Source of the DNA: Armatimonadota bacterium
Lineage (GTDB): Bacteria > Armatimonadota > Hebobacteria > Hebobacterales > Hebobacteraceae
Direction of reading: 5' to 3'
Assembly: GCA_015486155.1 (NCBI GenBank)
Contig: WFSF01000202.1
Span: 1 to 56,180, forward strand
Length of the DNA: 56,180 nt
The translations under genes and the position numbers were made by a program. The notes under the pieces are model-generated. The model had not been told where the DNA came from. It ran no database searches and worked only from the letters and a program-made list of their open reading frames with translations. Shown here in pieces: positions 26,438 through 34,738 of this stretch (the first letter of the stretch is position 1; each line of letters opens with the position of its first letter).

Positions 26438-27637
26438 CTATCTACTGGGGCCGGCCAGGTCCCTGAGTTTCCGGTCGAGCAAGGCACGGAATTCCGGATC
26501 CCCGAGCAACTTGTCCATGATTTCGTCGGCCCGGCTCCTGTCGAGGTGGCGCTGCATGACCTCATGGGCGGTCCGTTCATCGAGGATGCTGCCGCACCGG
26601 CTGCAGAACCTGTTGGAGGGCGGATTCTCAAACTTACAGGCAGGACATACCTGCACCGTGAACCGATCCCCATTGCCGCGGTCCTCGGGCACCTCTATGT
26701 TGTTGAGCCTCAGCAAGGCGTTGTCAATGTCCCGGCCGGAGAGATGAACGTAGGTGGAGGCCATGTCCGATCCCTGGACCCAGCCGAAGTACTCTTTCAT
26801 CTGGGCCTCGGTCAGATGTTTCGCCAGGTGGGTGGCCCGGCTGTGCCGGAAGTTGTGCGGGTTGACGGCCTTCTTCACGCCGGCGCGCTCTGCCGTCCGG
26901 CGCAGGATGGTGCAGGCGCGGGTATAGCCGATCTGCCTGGCGGTTTTGTCGTCTCTTACCCACAGCGGGGCTTGCGGATCGGTAAACCGAGGATGCCGAT
27001 TCAGCCAGTCGGCAAGATGCGGCGCGGAGGCGATGAGCAGGATGCGCCGCGGGCCCTTCATCGTCCCGTCCACCGTGATCTGGAATCCGTGCGGGTGGCG
27101 CTGCAGCTGGCCAATGCGGAGAAACAGAATCTCCCCTATTCTGCATCCACTCTCGTAGAGACAGGAAATGAAAGCCTTGTCTCTTGCTGATGGTGCAGCC
27201 GCGATCAGTGCCTGTACTTCCTGCGGGGTTAGAATCTCCTCCGGGAGTTTGACGCGACCATTGCGGATGGCCGTCCGAATCCACTTGACTTCCGGCGGAT
27301 ACTCGTCTTCTGCCCCTCGAAGCCAACGGAAGAACCTTTTCAAGGTGACTTTGTAGTCGTGCTTCGTCCACTCGGAGTAGTCCGACTTCTCAATCCCCCG
27401 CACCACCTTTTCGACATCTGCGCGAGTGACATCTGTGAACTCCTTCGAGAAGGCAGGGGCGATGGTGCAAAGATGAGACAGATACTTGAGCACCCGCGCG
27501 CTGCTCAGGCCTTCGGAGAAACAACTCTCACCGAACGCGAGCATGGCGTGGCGATTCTTCTCCGGAATCGGAAGGCTCTTAATCCTTTTCCTGGCTGCCT
27601 CTATTCTATTTGTGAAGGCACGGTGTGCGTCCGGCAT
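26438..27637 (-). CDS. Tyrosine recombinase/integrase with C-terminal zinc ribbon
   Basis: 399 aa. N-terminal SAM-like domain (YKVTLKRFFRWL). Catalytic elements LYESGCRIGEIL (R), HNFRHSRATHL (HxxR) and MASTYVHL (Y). The C-terminal extension is CPACKFENPPSNRFCSRCGSIL. Confidence 0.9.
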   Translation of the reverse strand: MPDAHRAFTNRIEAARKRIKSLPIPEKNRHAMLAFGESCFSEGLSSARVLKYLSHLCTIAPAFSKEFTDVTRADVEKVVRGIEKSDYSEWTKHDYKVTLKRFFRWLRGAEDEYPPEVKWIRTAIRNGRVKLPEEILTPQEVQALIAAAPSARDKAFISCLYESGCRIGEILFLRIGQLQRHPHGFQITVDGTMKGPRRILLIASAPHLADWLNRHPRFTDPQAPLWVRDDKTARQIGYTRACTILRRTAERAGVKKAVNPHNFRHSRATHLAKHLTEAQMKEYFGWVQGSDMASTYVHLSGRDIDNALLRLNNIEVPEDRGNGDRFTVQVCPACKFENPPSNRFCSRCGSILDERTAHEVMQRHLDRSRADEIMDKLLGDPEFRALLDRKLRDLAGPSR

Positions 27638-27835
27638 AAGCGATTACCCACGACAGGTAGGAAGAGGTTTCCGTGGGCATCTCGCTTTTCATGCCATGCC
27701 CCTGCCGGGCATGATATGGAAAGTGGAATGCCCAACTCTGCATTAGCTGCAGCCACCTCTCCAGCAAATAATTGGCAGCGCGAGTATTTATATTTTGCGC
27801 CCCGAACGGAGATATACAACGCCTTGTCGGTGAAA

Positions 27836-29524
27836 CTATGTAAGGTCCCCCAGGAGAGCCGTTATCTTTGCTCCCAACGCTTCTAGCTTCTCATCGCCTA
27901 TGTTGCCATTGAAAACGTTGAGCATGACATGCTGCGGTTTGCGATGAGGCTCTGTCTTTTCGATTCCCAAAAAAGTTTCTAGGTCATCTGGGAACGTGTC
28001 GATTCCAGATGTGTACTCGGTCCTCGCATCCGCGATCAGCTTACTGACAAGTTCATGCGGCGGTGCCCCTCCGTCACCGTCGTACAATGCTGAGTGTTGA
28101 ATACGAAATGGAGACAATAGGTTCATGAAACGGTGAATATTGAATTTGCCGATGCAGTCCAAGACAAAGACCCCTCCCCGTGGGCACTGCACCTTGTTGG
28201 TGCGAATCAAGTAGTTCACCAAGGCGCACTCGGTCGGCCCCTCGACCAAAAGGACTTGACGCGCAAAGAACATGGCGCACCGTTGCGGGTTCAACCACAA
28301 GCAATATTTCACGGCCTCCATATCCTTTGTTAAGTCAGCTGCATCGGCCTCATACCGCGTCCCTTTCACAATATCGTTTATTGCAAGATTCGCGGCAAAG
28401 ATACTTTCAAGTTGCTCCCTGTCAATTTGACCCGCGATTGTCTTCCCCTCTACACGCGAAAGGCGAACAATTGAAGGAAGGTCTTCTATAGAACTGGACA
28501 CAAAGTACGGTGAGTGCGTGGATGCCAACACCTGATGTGCTTCCCGCTTCCCAAGTGCGCGTAGACTCTCGCAAAGCTCTATCTGTTGTGGAGGATGAAG
28601 AAATGCCTCCGGCTCTTCAAACAATACCAGTATCATATGAGGGCTGAAATCCTTCTTGTTCGTGGCTTGTGGTGGGGAAGCATATTGCGCTGCCAAGCGG
28701 ATCAGGGTGAAGATGAGATGCCTCTGGAAACCTTGTCCGAACTGCTCCGGGGCCATCTCTGACCCAACAGCATGGTCTTCGATGGTGTGCGAGACGAGAT
28801 TCTTCACGATTTGACTGTCTGTGGGAGCGGCAATATCAAGCCGGAAGGCCGTGTCCCACCCAGCGATTTCTGCGTTGATGGCATCCTCTAATCGGGCCAA
28901 GGATGTGCCGTCGCCAGTCTCCTCAACCTTAAAGCTTTGTGCAAAGGCCTCAAATTCGCTCCTAAGCCGTGCGAACGAATCGCTTGATGCTGCTAGCTTC
29001 CCCACAATATCGTCAATTAGATCGCGCAGTGCCGAAGGACCCGACATCTTGGTGTGGTCAGAGAGGCGGCTTACATCCTCGATGTAAATAATATCTCCTA
29101 ACTTACCTTGCTGAACGTTCTTTGCCCCGTAGAACTGCTCCTCGGCGAGTTGATCGTCCTGGGTATACCCATGGATGCCGTTGAACTTCTTGCCACCCGC
29201 TGACTTTAGGTACTTTCGAACCTTAAGGCGATTATCAGGCAGTCTATACTCATCCTTCAGACTCTCGTACTCCACATCCGAGAGTTCGAACTCGATTTCG
29301 ATCCAACTCTCCTGATCAGCCGTATCGAACTTGGGGAAATCACGACGAGCATCAAACTTCAATCCCTTCTCATAGAAGATTCGCAACGCGTCGATTATAT
29401 TGCTCTTCCCTGCGTTATTCTCACCCACCAGAAGAGAATAATCTCCGAGCGTCAAGGTCATGTCTTCAACAGAACGAAAGTTGTGGATCGTTATCGTTGA
29501 GATCTTCATGCTGATCACCTCCAC
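27836..29524 (-). CDS. OLD-family ATP-dependent endonuclease (ABC-type ATPase plus TOPRIM), solitary
   Basis: MKISTITIHNFRS..., then Walker A GENNAGKSN, Walker B/D-loop LVLFEEPEAFLHPPQQ, H-loop ASTHSP, TOPRIM LLVEGPTECALV and ALYDGDGG. Start may be ATG 29509 (MKIST). G+C is visibly lower. Confidence 0.85.
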   Translation of the reverse strand: MEVISMKISTITIHNFRSVEDMTLTLGDYSLLVGENNAGKSNIIDALRIFYEKGLKFDARRDFPKFDTADQESWIEIEFELSDVEYESLKDEYRLPDNRLKVRKYLKSAGGKKFNGIHGYTQDDQLAEEQFYGAKNVQQGKLGDIIYIEDVSRLSDHTKMSGPSALRDLIDDIVGKLAASSDSFARLRSEFEAFAQSFKVEETGDGTSLARLEDAINAEIAGWDTAFRLDIAAPTDSQIVKNLVSHTIEDHAVGSEMAPEQFGQGFQRHLIFTLIRLAAQYASPPQATNKKDFSPHMILVLFEEPEAFLHPPQQIELCESLRALGKREAHQVLASTHSPYFVSSSIEDLPSIVRLSRVEGKTIAGQIDREQLESIFAANLAINDIVKGTRYEADAADLTKDMEAVKYCLWLNPQRCAMFFARQVLLVEGPTECALVNYLIRTNKVQCPRGGVFVLDCIGKFNIHRFMNLLSPFRIQHSALYDGDGGAPPHELVSKLIADARTEYTSGIDTFPDDLETFLGIEKTEPHRKPQHVMLNVFNGNIGDEKLEALGAKITALLGDLT

Positions 29525-30005
29525 GCCTTATCAGCAAACGGAATTGTAGTTAGCACGGCATCGTGCGGACACTTTCCCTTGGTCTGTTTCTGCCAGTCGG
29601 ACGATTGCCCCTTCCCCTATCTGGCCAAAGAAGCGTCAATCCGTCAACAAGACTGTCTCTGGAGAGAGGACCGAATCAAGCCAAACGGCATCGTCTGAGA
29701 GGAGAGAGTCAGGGGAAGAGATTAGCCTGAAAACGAACTATTGCCCAGCCTTGTCCTCGCGGCATGTATCTAGTTACTAACCTGACAGAAAGAGCACCTG
29801 TAGATTTCGGTTATATCTCACTATGTCAGACACGCTCAAGTCGATGTGTCGCTGATGACGAATCAGTGCGTGCTAATACGAACTGCACCCATTCGGGCAT
29901 GCGGTCATCTCGCATGATTCTATTCTTCATAAGCGCCTCTTCGCACGGCACTTCTTGCGTAGTACGGTCAGCGGGCGCGGATGGGACGGATAAGGCCACG
30001 TTTGC

Positions 30006-31049
30006 CTACCGCAGCACCGAGAATTCTCTCACCTTCCCTTGTATCGCTGCCCTCTTCGCCTGGATCAGGTCGAGGTCCACCAGCTCGTTGCAGTAGTCAG
30101 AATAGGTGCGCACCGCGATGGGCTTCAGGCCCCTGTCCTTGCACGTCCTCAGATACAATCTCCACAGGTCCCCGGACAGAATGGCGGGACGCTGCGCAAT
30201 CAGTTCGTAAAGCAGTCGGTGGTGGTCTGTGAGTTTGCGGAGCCGCTGGGCCTTCTTTAGGTCCTTGGCGGAATTCCATCCGGCGTGAATATGGCTGGGC
30301 CGAATGCGCCCGGCCCTTTCCCGGTCGGCCAGAAGGGTAGCGTTGCGCAAGGTCTGGATTGCGACCCGCGCATCCCCGTTTGCGAGTTCTGCAATCGAGC
30401 TGAGCACCTCCTGCGAGCAGGCCCCGGCCGCGAGCGCGTATTCGGAGCGCCGCTCCAGGATGGCCAGCAGGTCATCGGCCGAATAGTGAGGGAAGTAGAC
30501 GGCCGTGGGATTCAGGCGGGACTTCACCCGGTCCTCCAGCTCGAAGTACACGTGCGGGGAATTGCAGACACACACCAGGCCCAGGTTCCCAAGCTGGCAG
30601 AGATTGTACAGGATGGAATACCGCTCCTTGGGCGCGGGCTGGTCTATCTCGTCGAGCACCAGGATCACGGGTTGTGTTCCGAGGTAGCGTTGCAGCCGTT
30701 CCAGTTTGAACGAGACGGTTAACCGCTCGGCCCCTAGTACTCGGAGCTCCCGCACCAGCCGGTCCAGCACCGAGAAATAAGTCGGGTACTCCCAGCAGTT
30801 GACATACATCCCCCGCACTCCGGCCTCTTCTGCCAGTCTCCGCAACACCCACTTCGTGGTTGCGGTCTTTCCCGTGCCCGGATTCCCGTATACCCAACAA
30901 TGGACAGGCTTCGTGCGCTGAGCCGCGGGGCGCAGCGCGCCGAGCAGTTCCTTTATCTGTTCCGTTCGCCTGAGGATGTCCGGGGGGACGTGCGTCTCGG
31001 TGAGGACCTCGGGGTCCGTGAGCAGGAGGGACTCGTCCTCGTATGTCAT
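30006..31049 (-). CDS. Orc1/Cdc6-like AAA+ ATPase with C-terminal winged helix
   Basis: 347 aa. Walker A VYGNPGTGKTAT, Walker B ILVLDEIDQ, sensor-1-like LVCVCNS, arginine region GDARVAIQTLR, and a C-terminal wH (LTDHHRLLYELI...). The overall order is typical of Orc1/Cdc6. Confidence 0.8.
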   Translation of the reverse strand: MTYEDESLLLTDPEVLTETHVPPDILRRTEQIKELLGALRPAAQRTKPVHCWVYGNPGTGKTATTKWVLRRLAEEAGVRGMYVNCWEYPTYFSVLDRLVRELRVLGAERLTVSFKLERLQRYLGTQPVILVLDEIDQPAPKERYSILYNLCQLGNLGLVCVCNSPHVYFELEDRVKSRLNPTAVYFPHYSADDLLAILERRSEYALAAGACSQEVLSSIAELANGDARVAIQTLRNATLLADRERAGRIRPSHIHAGWNSAKDLKKAQRLRKLTDHHRLLYELIAQRPAILSGDLWRLYLRTCKDRGLKPIAVRTYSDYCNELVDLDLIQAKRAAIQGKVREFSVLR

Positions 31050-31279
31050 ACGAAATCGGTCCTCCGGTAATGCTTAAAAGCGTCATGCTGGCCGTGCCAT
31101 TTGCGCCGATACCGGGAAGCCGCGGTGTGCCCGGGCGGAGCCGGCATCCGCAACCGGAACACTGGGCCCGGGCCGCGCTGGCGGAGAGGCTGCCTTTCTG
31201 GTTGCCAGCAGGCAGATGTTGAACAATTGGCGCACGGCCTTAAATGCGTTGCCCGGCTGGACAGAGGCGGCTCGAAGGC

Positions 31280-31308
31280 TTGACACGCGCCCGGGATCCA
31301 CGTATATA
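31280..31308 (+). promoter_or_regulatory. Near-consensus sigma70 promoter upstream of abiEi
   Basis: TTGACA (31280-31285), an exactly 17-nt spacer, then TATATA (31303-31308), about 45 nt upstream of ATG 31353. Confidence 0.45.
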
Positions 31309-31352
31309 TACCGGTGACGCTAATTATATGATGTTGCCGTTGGTGGTAAATC

Positions 31353-32171
31353 ATGACGCTAACAGCAAGGGAATATAAACCAGGGCTGGGCAGGCGGGAG
31401 GCCTCGCTGATTGCCGGGCTGGCCGAGGAGGGAAAGACTCTCTTCACCATGGCGGATGCGAAGGGGGTGGTCGGGCCCCAGGCCAAGGACGTCATCCGCT
31501 GGCTGGTCCGCAAGAAATGGGTGCTGCCCCTGAAGCGGGGACTCTATGCTATCGTCCCGCTTGATGTCGGGGTGAAAGGCGCAGACGCCTTCGTCGTCCA
31601 CAATTTCGTGGTAGCCTCTCTGCTGGTCGAGCCCTATTACATTGGCTACTGGTCGGCCCTCAACTACCACGGGCTTACGGAGCAGATTCCCAGAACGACC
31701 TTCATCGCCACCACCAGGGCCAGACACGCGGTCGAGGTTCTGGATGCGGAGTACTACTTCGTGAAGCTGACGCCCGCCAAGTTCTTCGGCTGGGAGGAGA
31801 CAGAGATAGAAGGCCGCACGGTGCGGATCTCAAGTCCCGAGAAAACCGTGGCTGACTGCCTGGACCACCCGGAGCACTGCGGAGGCATTGAGCAGGTCGC
31901 CCGGGCCCTGTACTTCTCTCACGAGGAGCTCGATCTCCGGCGTGTGGTGGAGTGCGCGCGCCGGATGCGCAACAGGACCATCCTGAAACGGCTCGGCTAC
32001 ATTCTCGAGGTTACCGGACTGCTCCCGCAGTATGGCGGGTTGTTCAAGGACTTCAAACCTTCCGCGGGCTTCCCAAGGCTGGACCCTTTGTCGCCGCGGC
32101 GCGGCAAACATAACAGCCGCTGGGGACTGCTCGTAAACTGCCCGCTTGATCCCGAGGGGTGGCGATATTGA
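31353..32171 (+). CDS. abiEi: AbiEi-family type IV antitoxin / transcriptional regulator
   Basis: 272 aa. N-terminal wHTH (FTMADAKGV...IRWLVRKKWVLPLKRGLYAIVP) and a C-terminal AbiEi_4-like region (YIGYWSALNYHGLTEQIP). It overlaps the downstream toxin gene. Confidence 0.85.
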   Translation: MTLTAREYKPGLGRREASLIAGLAEEGKTLFTMADAKGVVGPQAKDVIRWLVRKKWVLPLKRGLYAIVPLDVGVKGADAFVVHNFVVASLLVEPYYIGYWSALNYHGLTEQIPRTTFIATTRARHAVEVLDAEYYFVKLTPAKFFGWEETEIEGRTVRISSPEKTVADCLDHPEHCGGIEQVARALYFSHEELDLRRVVECARRMRNRTILKRLGYILEVTGLLPQYGGLFKDFKPSAGFPRLDPLSPRRGKHNSRWGLLVNCPLDPEGWRY

Positions 32172-32938
32172 TAGACCGAAGGGAGCTGCTGGCCCGTGCG
32201 CGAGAACGCCGTCTGCCGCTGGCGATGGTGGAAAAGGACTACGTGCTGGGCTGGGTGTTGTATGGCTTGAGCCAGATTAAAGACCTGGTGTTCAAAGGAG
32301 GGACTGCCCTCTCCAAGGTCTACTTCCCCGAGACTTGGCGGCTTTCCGAAGACCTGGACTTCGTGTCCGACTCCGGCGAATGGTCTGGTCTCCTGGAGCA
32401 AATGACAAGTGCGCTTTCCGAGGTGGCGTCGCAGAGCGGCATCGGGCTTGCAGTGAAAAGCAGGCACATGAACCCCGGCTACCTGCAGTTGAAGATTCAG
32501 TACGACGCGGTGCTGGGCAAGAACTGGGTGAAGGTGGACGTAACCCCTGAGCGGCCGGTGGCGAAGGTCCTGTCCAAGCCGCTCTCACAGCAGTATTCCG
32601 ACTATCCCAGGTTTCGCGTGCGGGTGGAGTGCATCGAGGAGATCCTCGCGCAGAAGCTGCGGGCCCTGGTCGAACGCCGGAAGTCACGGGACTATTATGA
32701 CGTATGGCGCATGCTGCAGCTGGAATTCGACCAGGCCAAGACCAAAACCCTCTTCCGCCGGAAGTGCGCGGTCAAGGGCATCCAGTTTCAGGGTCTCGGC
32801 GACTTCTTCCCGGATGACCTGCCGGACATTCTCCGCGGATACTGGGAACGGGAGCTGGGCCGGCTGGTCCATCCCGTGCCGGAGATGGAAACGGTCCTCG
32901 CGGAATTGCAGGAGAGGACGCGGTCATTCATTGCCTAG
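32159..32938 (+). CDS. abiEii: AbiEii/AbiGii-family nucleotidyltransferase toxin
   Basis: 259 aa. LAMVEKDYVLGWVL, FKGGTALSKVY and SEDLDF (NTase motifs) are typical of DUF1814/AbiEii. Confidence 0.85.
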   Translation: MAILIDRRELLARARERRLPLAMVEKDYVLGWVLYGLSQIKDLVFKGGTALSKVYFPETWRLSEDLDFVSDSGEWSGLLEQMTSALSEVASQSGIGLAVKSRHMNPGYLQLKIQYDAVLGKNWVKVDVTPERPVAKVLSKPLSQQYSDYPRFRVRVECIEEILAQKLRALVERRKSRDYYDVWRMLQLEFDQAKTKTLFRRKCAVKGIQFQGLGDFFPDDLPDILRGYWERELGRLVHPVPEMETVLAELQERTRSFIA

Positions 32939-33041
32939 TACAGGCACCTTCTAGGAAGGTATCCAGTAGGTGGCAACAAGGAAATTGATAGTAGGGCACG
33001 TAATCTACAAACGCAACCTATAGATAGGAGGGACTGAGACG

Positions 33042-33260
33042 ATGGCAACGCCAGTCAAGGGACGTCCCCCAGGTAAGCGGTATCTCGGGAATACGAACAA
33101 GAAGGAGGTGCACGACCTACACAATGAAACGCCTCAGTGCCAGATTAATGAGATAATTGCCGCTGGCCACGCGGTCGTGTTCGACCCTGACACTCTGGGC
33201 CAGGCTCATCGAGAGGGATATGATAACGGCGCCTACTGCATCGGGGGGTCTAAGCGCTAG
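33042..33260 (+). CDS. Small hypothetical protein (possible Cys/His metal-binding motif)
   Basis: 72 aa: GNTNKKEVHDLHNETPQCQINEI...GYDNGAYCIGG. A good SD (GGAGGGA) lies upstream. No confident family. Confidence 0.4.
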   Translation: MATPVKGRPPGKRYLGNTNKKEVHDLHNETPQCQINEIIAAGHAVVFDPDTLGQAHREGYDNGAYCIGGSKR

Positions 33261-33389
33261 CGGGCTTGCTAAAGGGGCCCAAACGTGTAGTCGCGCGTCC
33301 TCATGCGAGAGACATCATTCCCAGAAGTTTTCTAACTCGCCCTGCCATACCTCCTCACGTTTGCCTCAGATGCCCACCTACAGAGTGGC

Positions 33390-33434
33390 CAGTGTCCTAT
33401 CTCGGAAGTTCTGAACCTATCTCGAAGTCTGGCC
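33390..33434. repeat. Imperfect direct repeat, copy A
   Basis: cagtgtcctatctcggaagttctgaacctatctcgaagtctggcc. In a hand alignment to 34587..34629, 37 of 45 columns are identical, including a perfect 16-mer aagttctgaacctatc. Confidence 0.6.
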
Positions 33435-33633
33435 GCGTTGGCCGGATTGCCGGGAGACATACCTTGGTCCGGTCTGGCGCATGGGGTCAAGACCTCGGAG
33501 TGACAAGATGCTAGAGCGGGCATTGCCTGGGAACTCAGATTAGGATATACAAATGATGGCCCGCGAGCAAGGAGTGGACGAGAAGGTTGTTTCAGATATT
33601 GACGAGAAATACCTTGTAATCTAACATACCAGC

Positions 33634-33669
33634 CATGTCCTGCACAACTTTCACTGCGGGCAGGACATG
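33634..33669. promoter_or_regulatory. 10-bp perfect inverted repeat just upstream of gene 33687 (operator or attenuator candidate)
   Basis: CATGTCCTGC (33634-33643), a 16-nt loop, then GCAGGACATG (33660-33669), followed by SD CAGGAGG and ATG 33687. Confidence 0.3.
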
Positions 33670-33686
33670 ATTTGTGACAGGAGGCG

Positions 33687-34124
33687 ATGAAAGGCATGGA
33701 TAAGAAGCCCCCGCCGACGACGCTGTTAGAGCTCACCGTCGAAGCACTGGACTCGCGGGAGAAACGCTGGGACTGGGACTGGATTGTCTGCTATCACATT
33801 CGGGAGTGGGAGCGAAGAAATGCCGAGCAGTACGCAGATAAGGGGTACAGGCTGCTACATGGGCATTTCGCTTGGTACCATTGGCACGAGATTTGTGACA
33901 GGGTACTGACGCGGGCACGACAGGTGCTCCAAGCCGGGAAAGATAAGTGGTTGGCATATGGAAACCATGAAGATCAATGGGAGTTCTCTAGGAAAGTATG
34001 CTACGACATGGTATATCCGGAGTGTGAGGTTGCATTCGCGGCGTTCGCCAGAGCACTACAGAAACACGGATTGCCTTTGTACGAGCAACCAAGGCAGAGG
34101 ATAAAGAGGCGAAGAGGGAGGTAG
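33687..34124 (+). CDS. Hypothetical protein (Trp/His-rich)
   Basis: 145-aa ORF with an SD, in a lower-GC segment. No recognisable motifs. Confidence 0.5.
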   Translation: MKGMDKKPPPTTLLELTVEALDSREKRWDWDWIVCYHIREWERRNAEQYADKGYRLLHGHFAWYHWHEICDRVLTRARQVLQAGKDKWLAYGNHEDQWEFSRKVCYDMVYPECEVAFAAFARALQKHGLPLYEQPRQRIKRRRGR

Positions 34125-34129
34125 CTGAA

Positions 34130-34330
34130 TTGAATATCGATATGAAACTTGTCCATCACATGGCGGCGAAGGCCACACAGCAGTGCAAGGACGAAATCAA
34201 GCAGATCGAAGAAGGTCTTAGCCCCTGTTTCAAGATGAATCCCGGAAGGAAGCTTAGCAAAGAACGGTGCCGGGAGTTGAGGGAGATTTTGGATCGTTTG
34301 GAAGAAGAGGAGAAGGCGGCTTTTGGGTGA
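34130..34330 (+). CDS. Small hypothetical coiled-coil protein
   Basis: 66 aa, starting 6 nt after the previous stop. Charged helical sequence. Confidence 0.4.
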   Translation: MNIDMKLVHHMAAKATQQCKDEIKQIEEGLSPCFKMNPGRKLSKERCRELREILDRLEEEEKAAFG

Positions 34331-34586
34331 GAGGGGCATCTGTCGCTGGCGGTGTGACTGGTGCTGAGGGAACACGGCAATTGTGCGCTAGATTCAGCAC
34401 AGGAGAAGGTGGTCAGCAGTATTAGTCGGGCATGTTTTGGCGCGTTTGTGTCGCCATTTTCTAATTACTCTTTCTCATTAGTGTCGTCGTCTGGATAAGT
34501 CTCGATAGGAGCTCGCGACGCGGCTGAGTCCGCGTTGCATCCGCAGCGGGACATTCAGCGAAGTGTGCGCAGTGTGCAGTGTCCTG

Positions 34587-34629
34587 TTTCGAAAGTTCTG
34601 AACCTATCAAAGACTGACCGGTCTCCAGC
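34587..34629. repeat. Imperfect direct repeat, copy B
   Basis: cagtgtcctgtttcgaaagttctgaacctatcaaagactgacc. It lies in a roughly 400-bp ORF-free stretch, as copy A does. Confidence 0.6.
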
Positions 34630-34738
34630 CTGGAGCGGGGGCCGGACTTCCGTGACAGCGCGCCGGCCGCGGTAGCGTTGCATGTTGAGGTTGCGTTAGT
34701 TAGCCCCGCTCCTCTGTAATGGTATCATGCCAGACTGC

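Larger units (their letters stand above)
24457..31049 (-). mobile_element. Putative integrative-element module (Orc1/Cdc6-like, OLD nuclease, integrase, Cys-rich ORF, two paralogs, Cas4-like nuclease); true ends unknown
   Basis: All genes are co-oriented on the minus strand. The five genes from the integrase to the nuclease are closely spaced or overlapping. G+C differs from its neighbours. I found no att repeats. Confidence 0.4.

Noticed and set aside
26167-26673. 168-aa ORF overlapping the 3' end of the integrase gene
   Set aside because: Its first roughly 108 codons overlap the integrase coding region or extend into the short gap after its stop, and look compositionally random. Only the Cys-rich last 60 codons downstream of the integrase stop were kept, at low confidence.
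27836-29524. Gabija (GajA/GajB) or PARIS (AriA/AriB)
   Set aside because: No UvrD-like helicase or separate DUF4435/TOPRIM partner is adjacent. ATPase and TOPRIM are in one polypeptide and the gene stands alone.
29764-30096. 110-aa ORF in the OLD to Orc1/Cdc6 intergenic region
   Set aside because: It has no SD, overlaps the 3' end of the Cdc6-like gene on the other strand, and its Ser/Cys/Arg-rich composition gives no motif.
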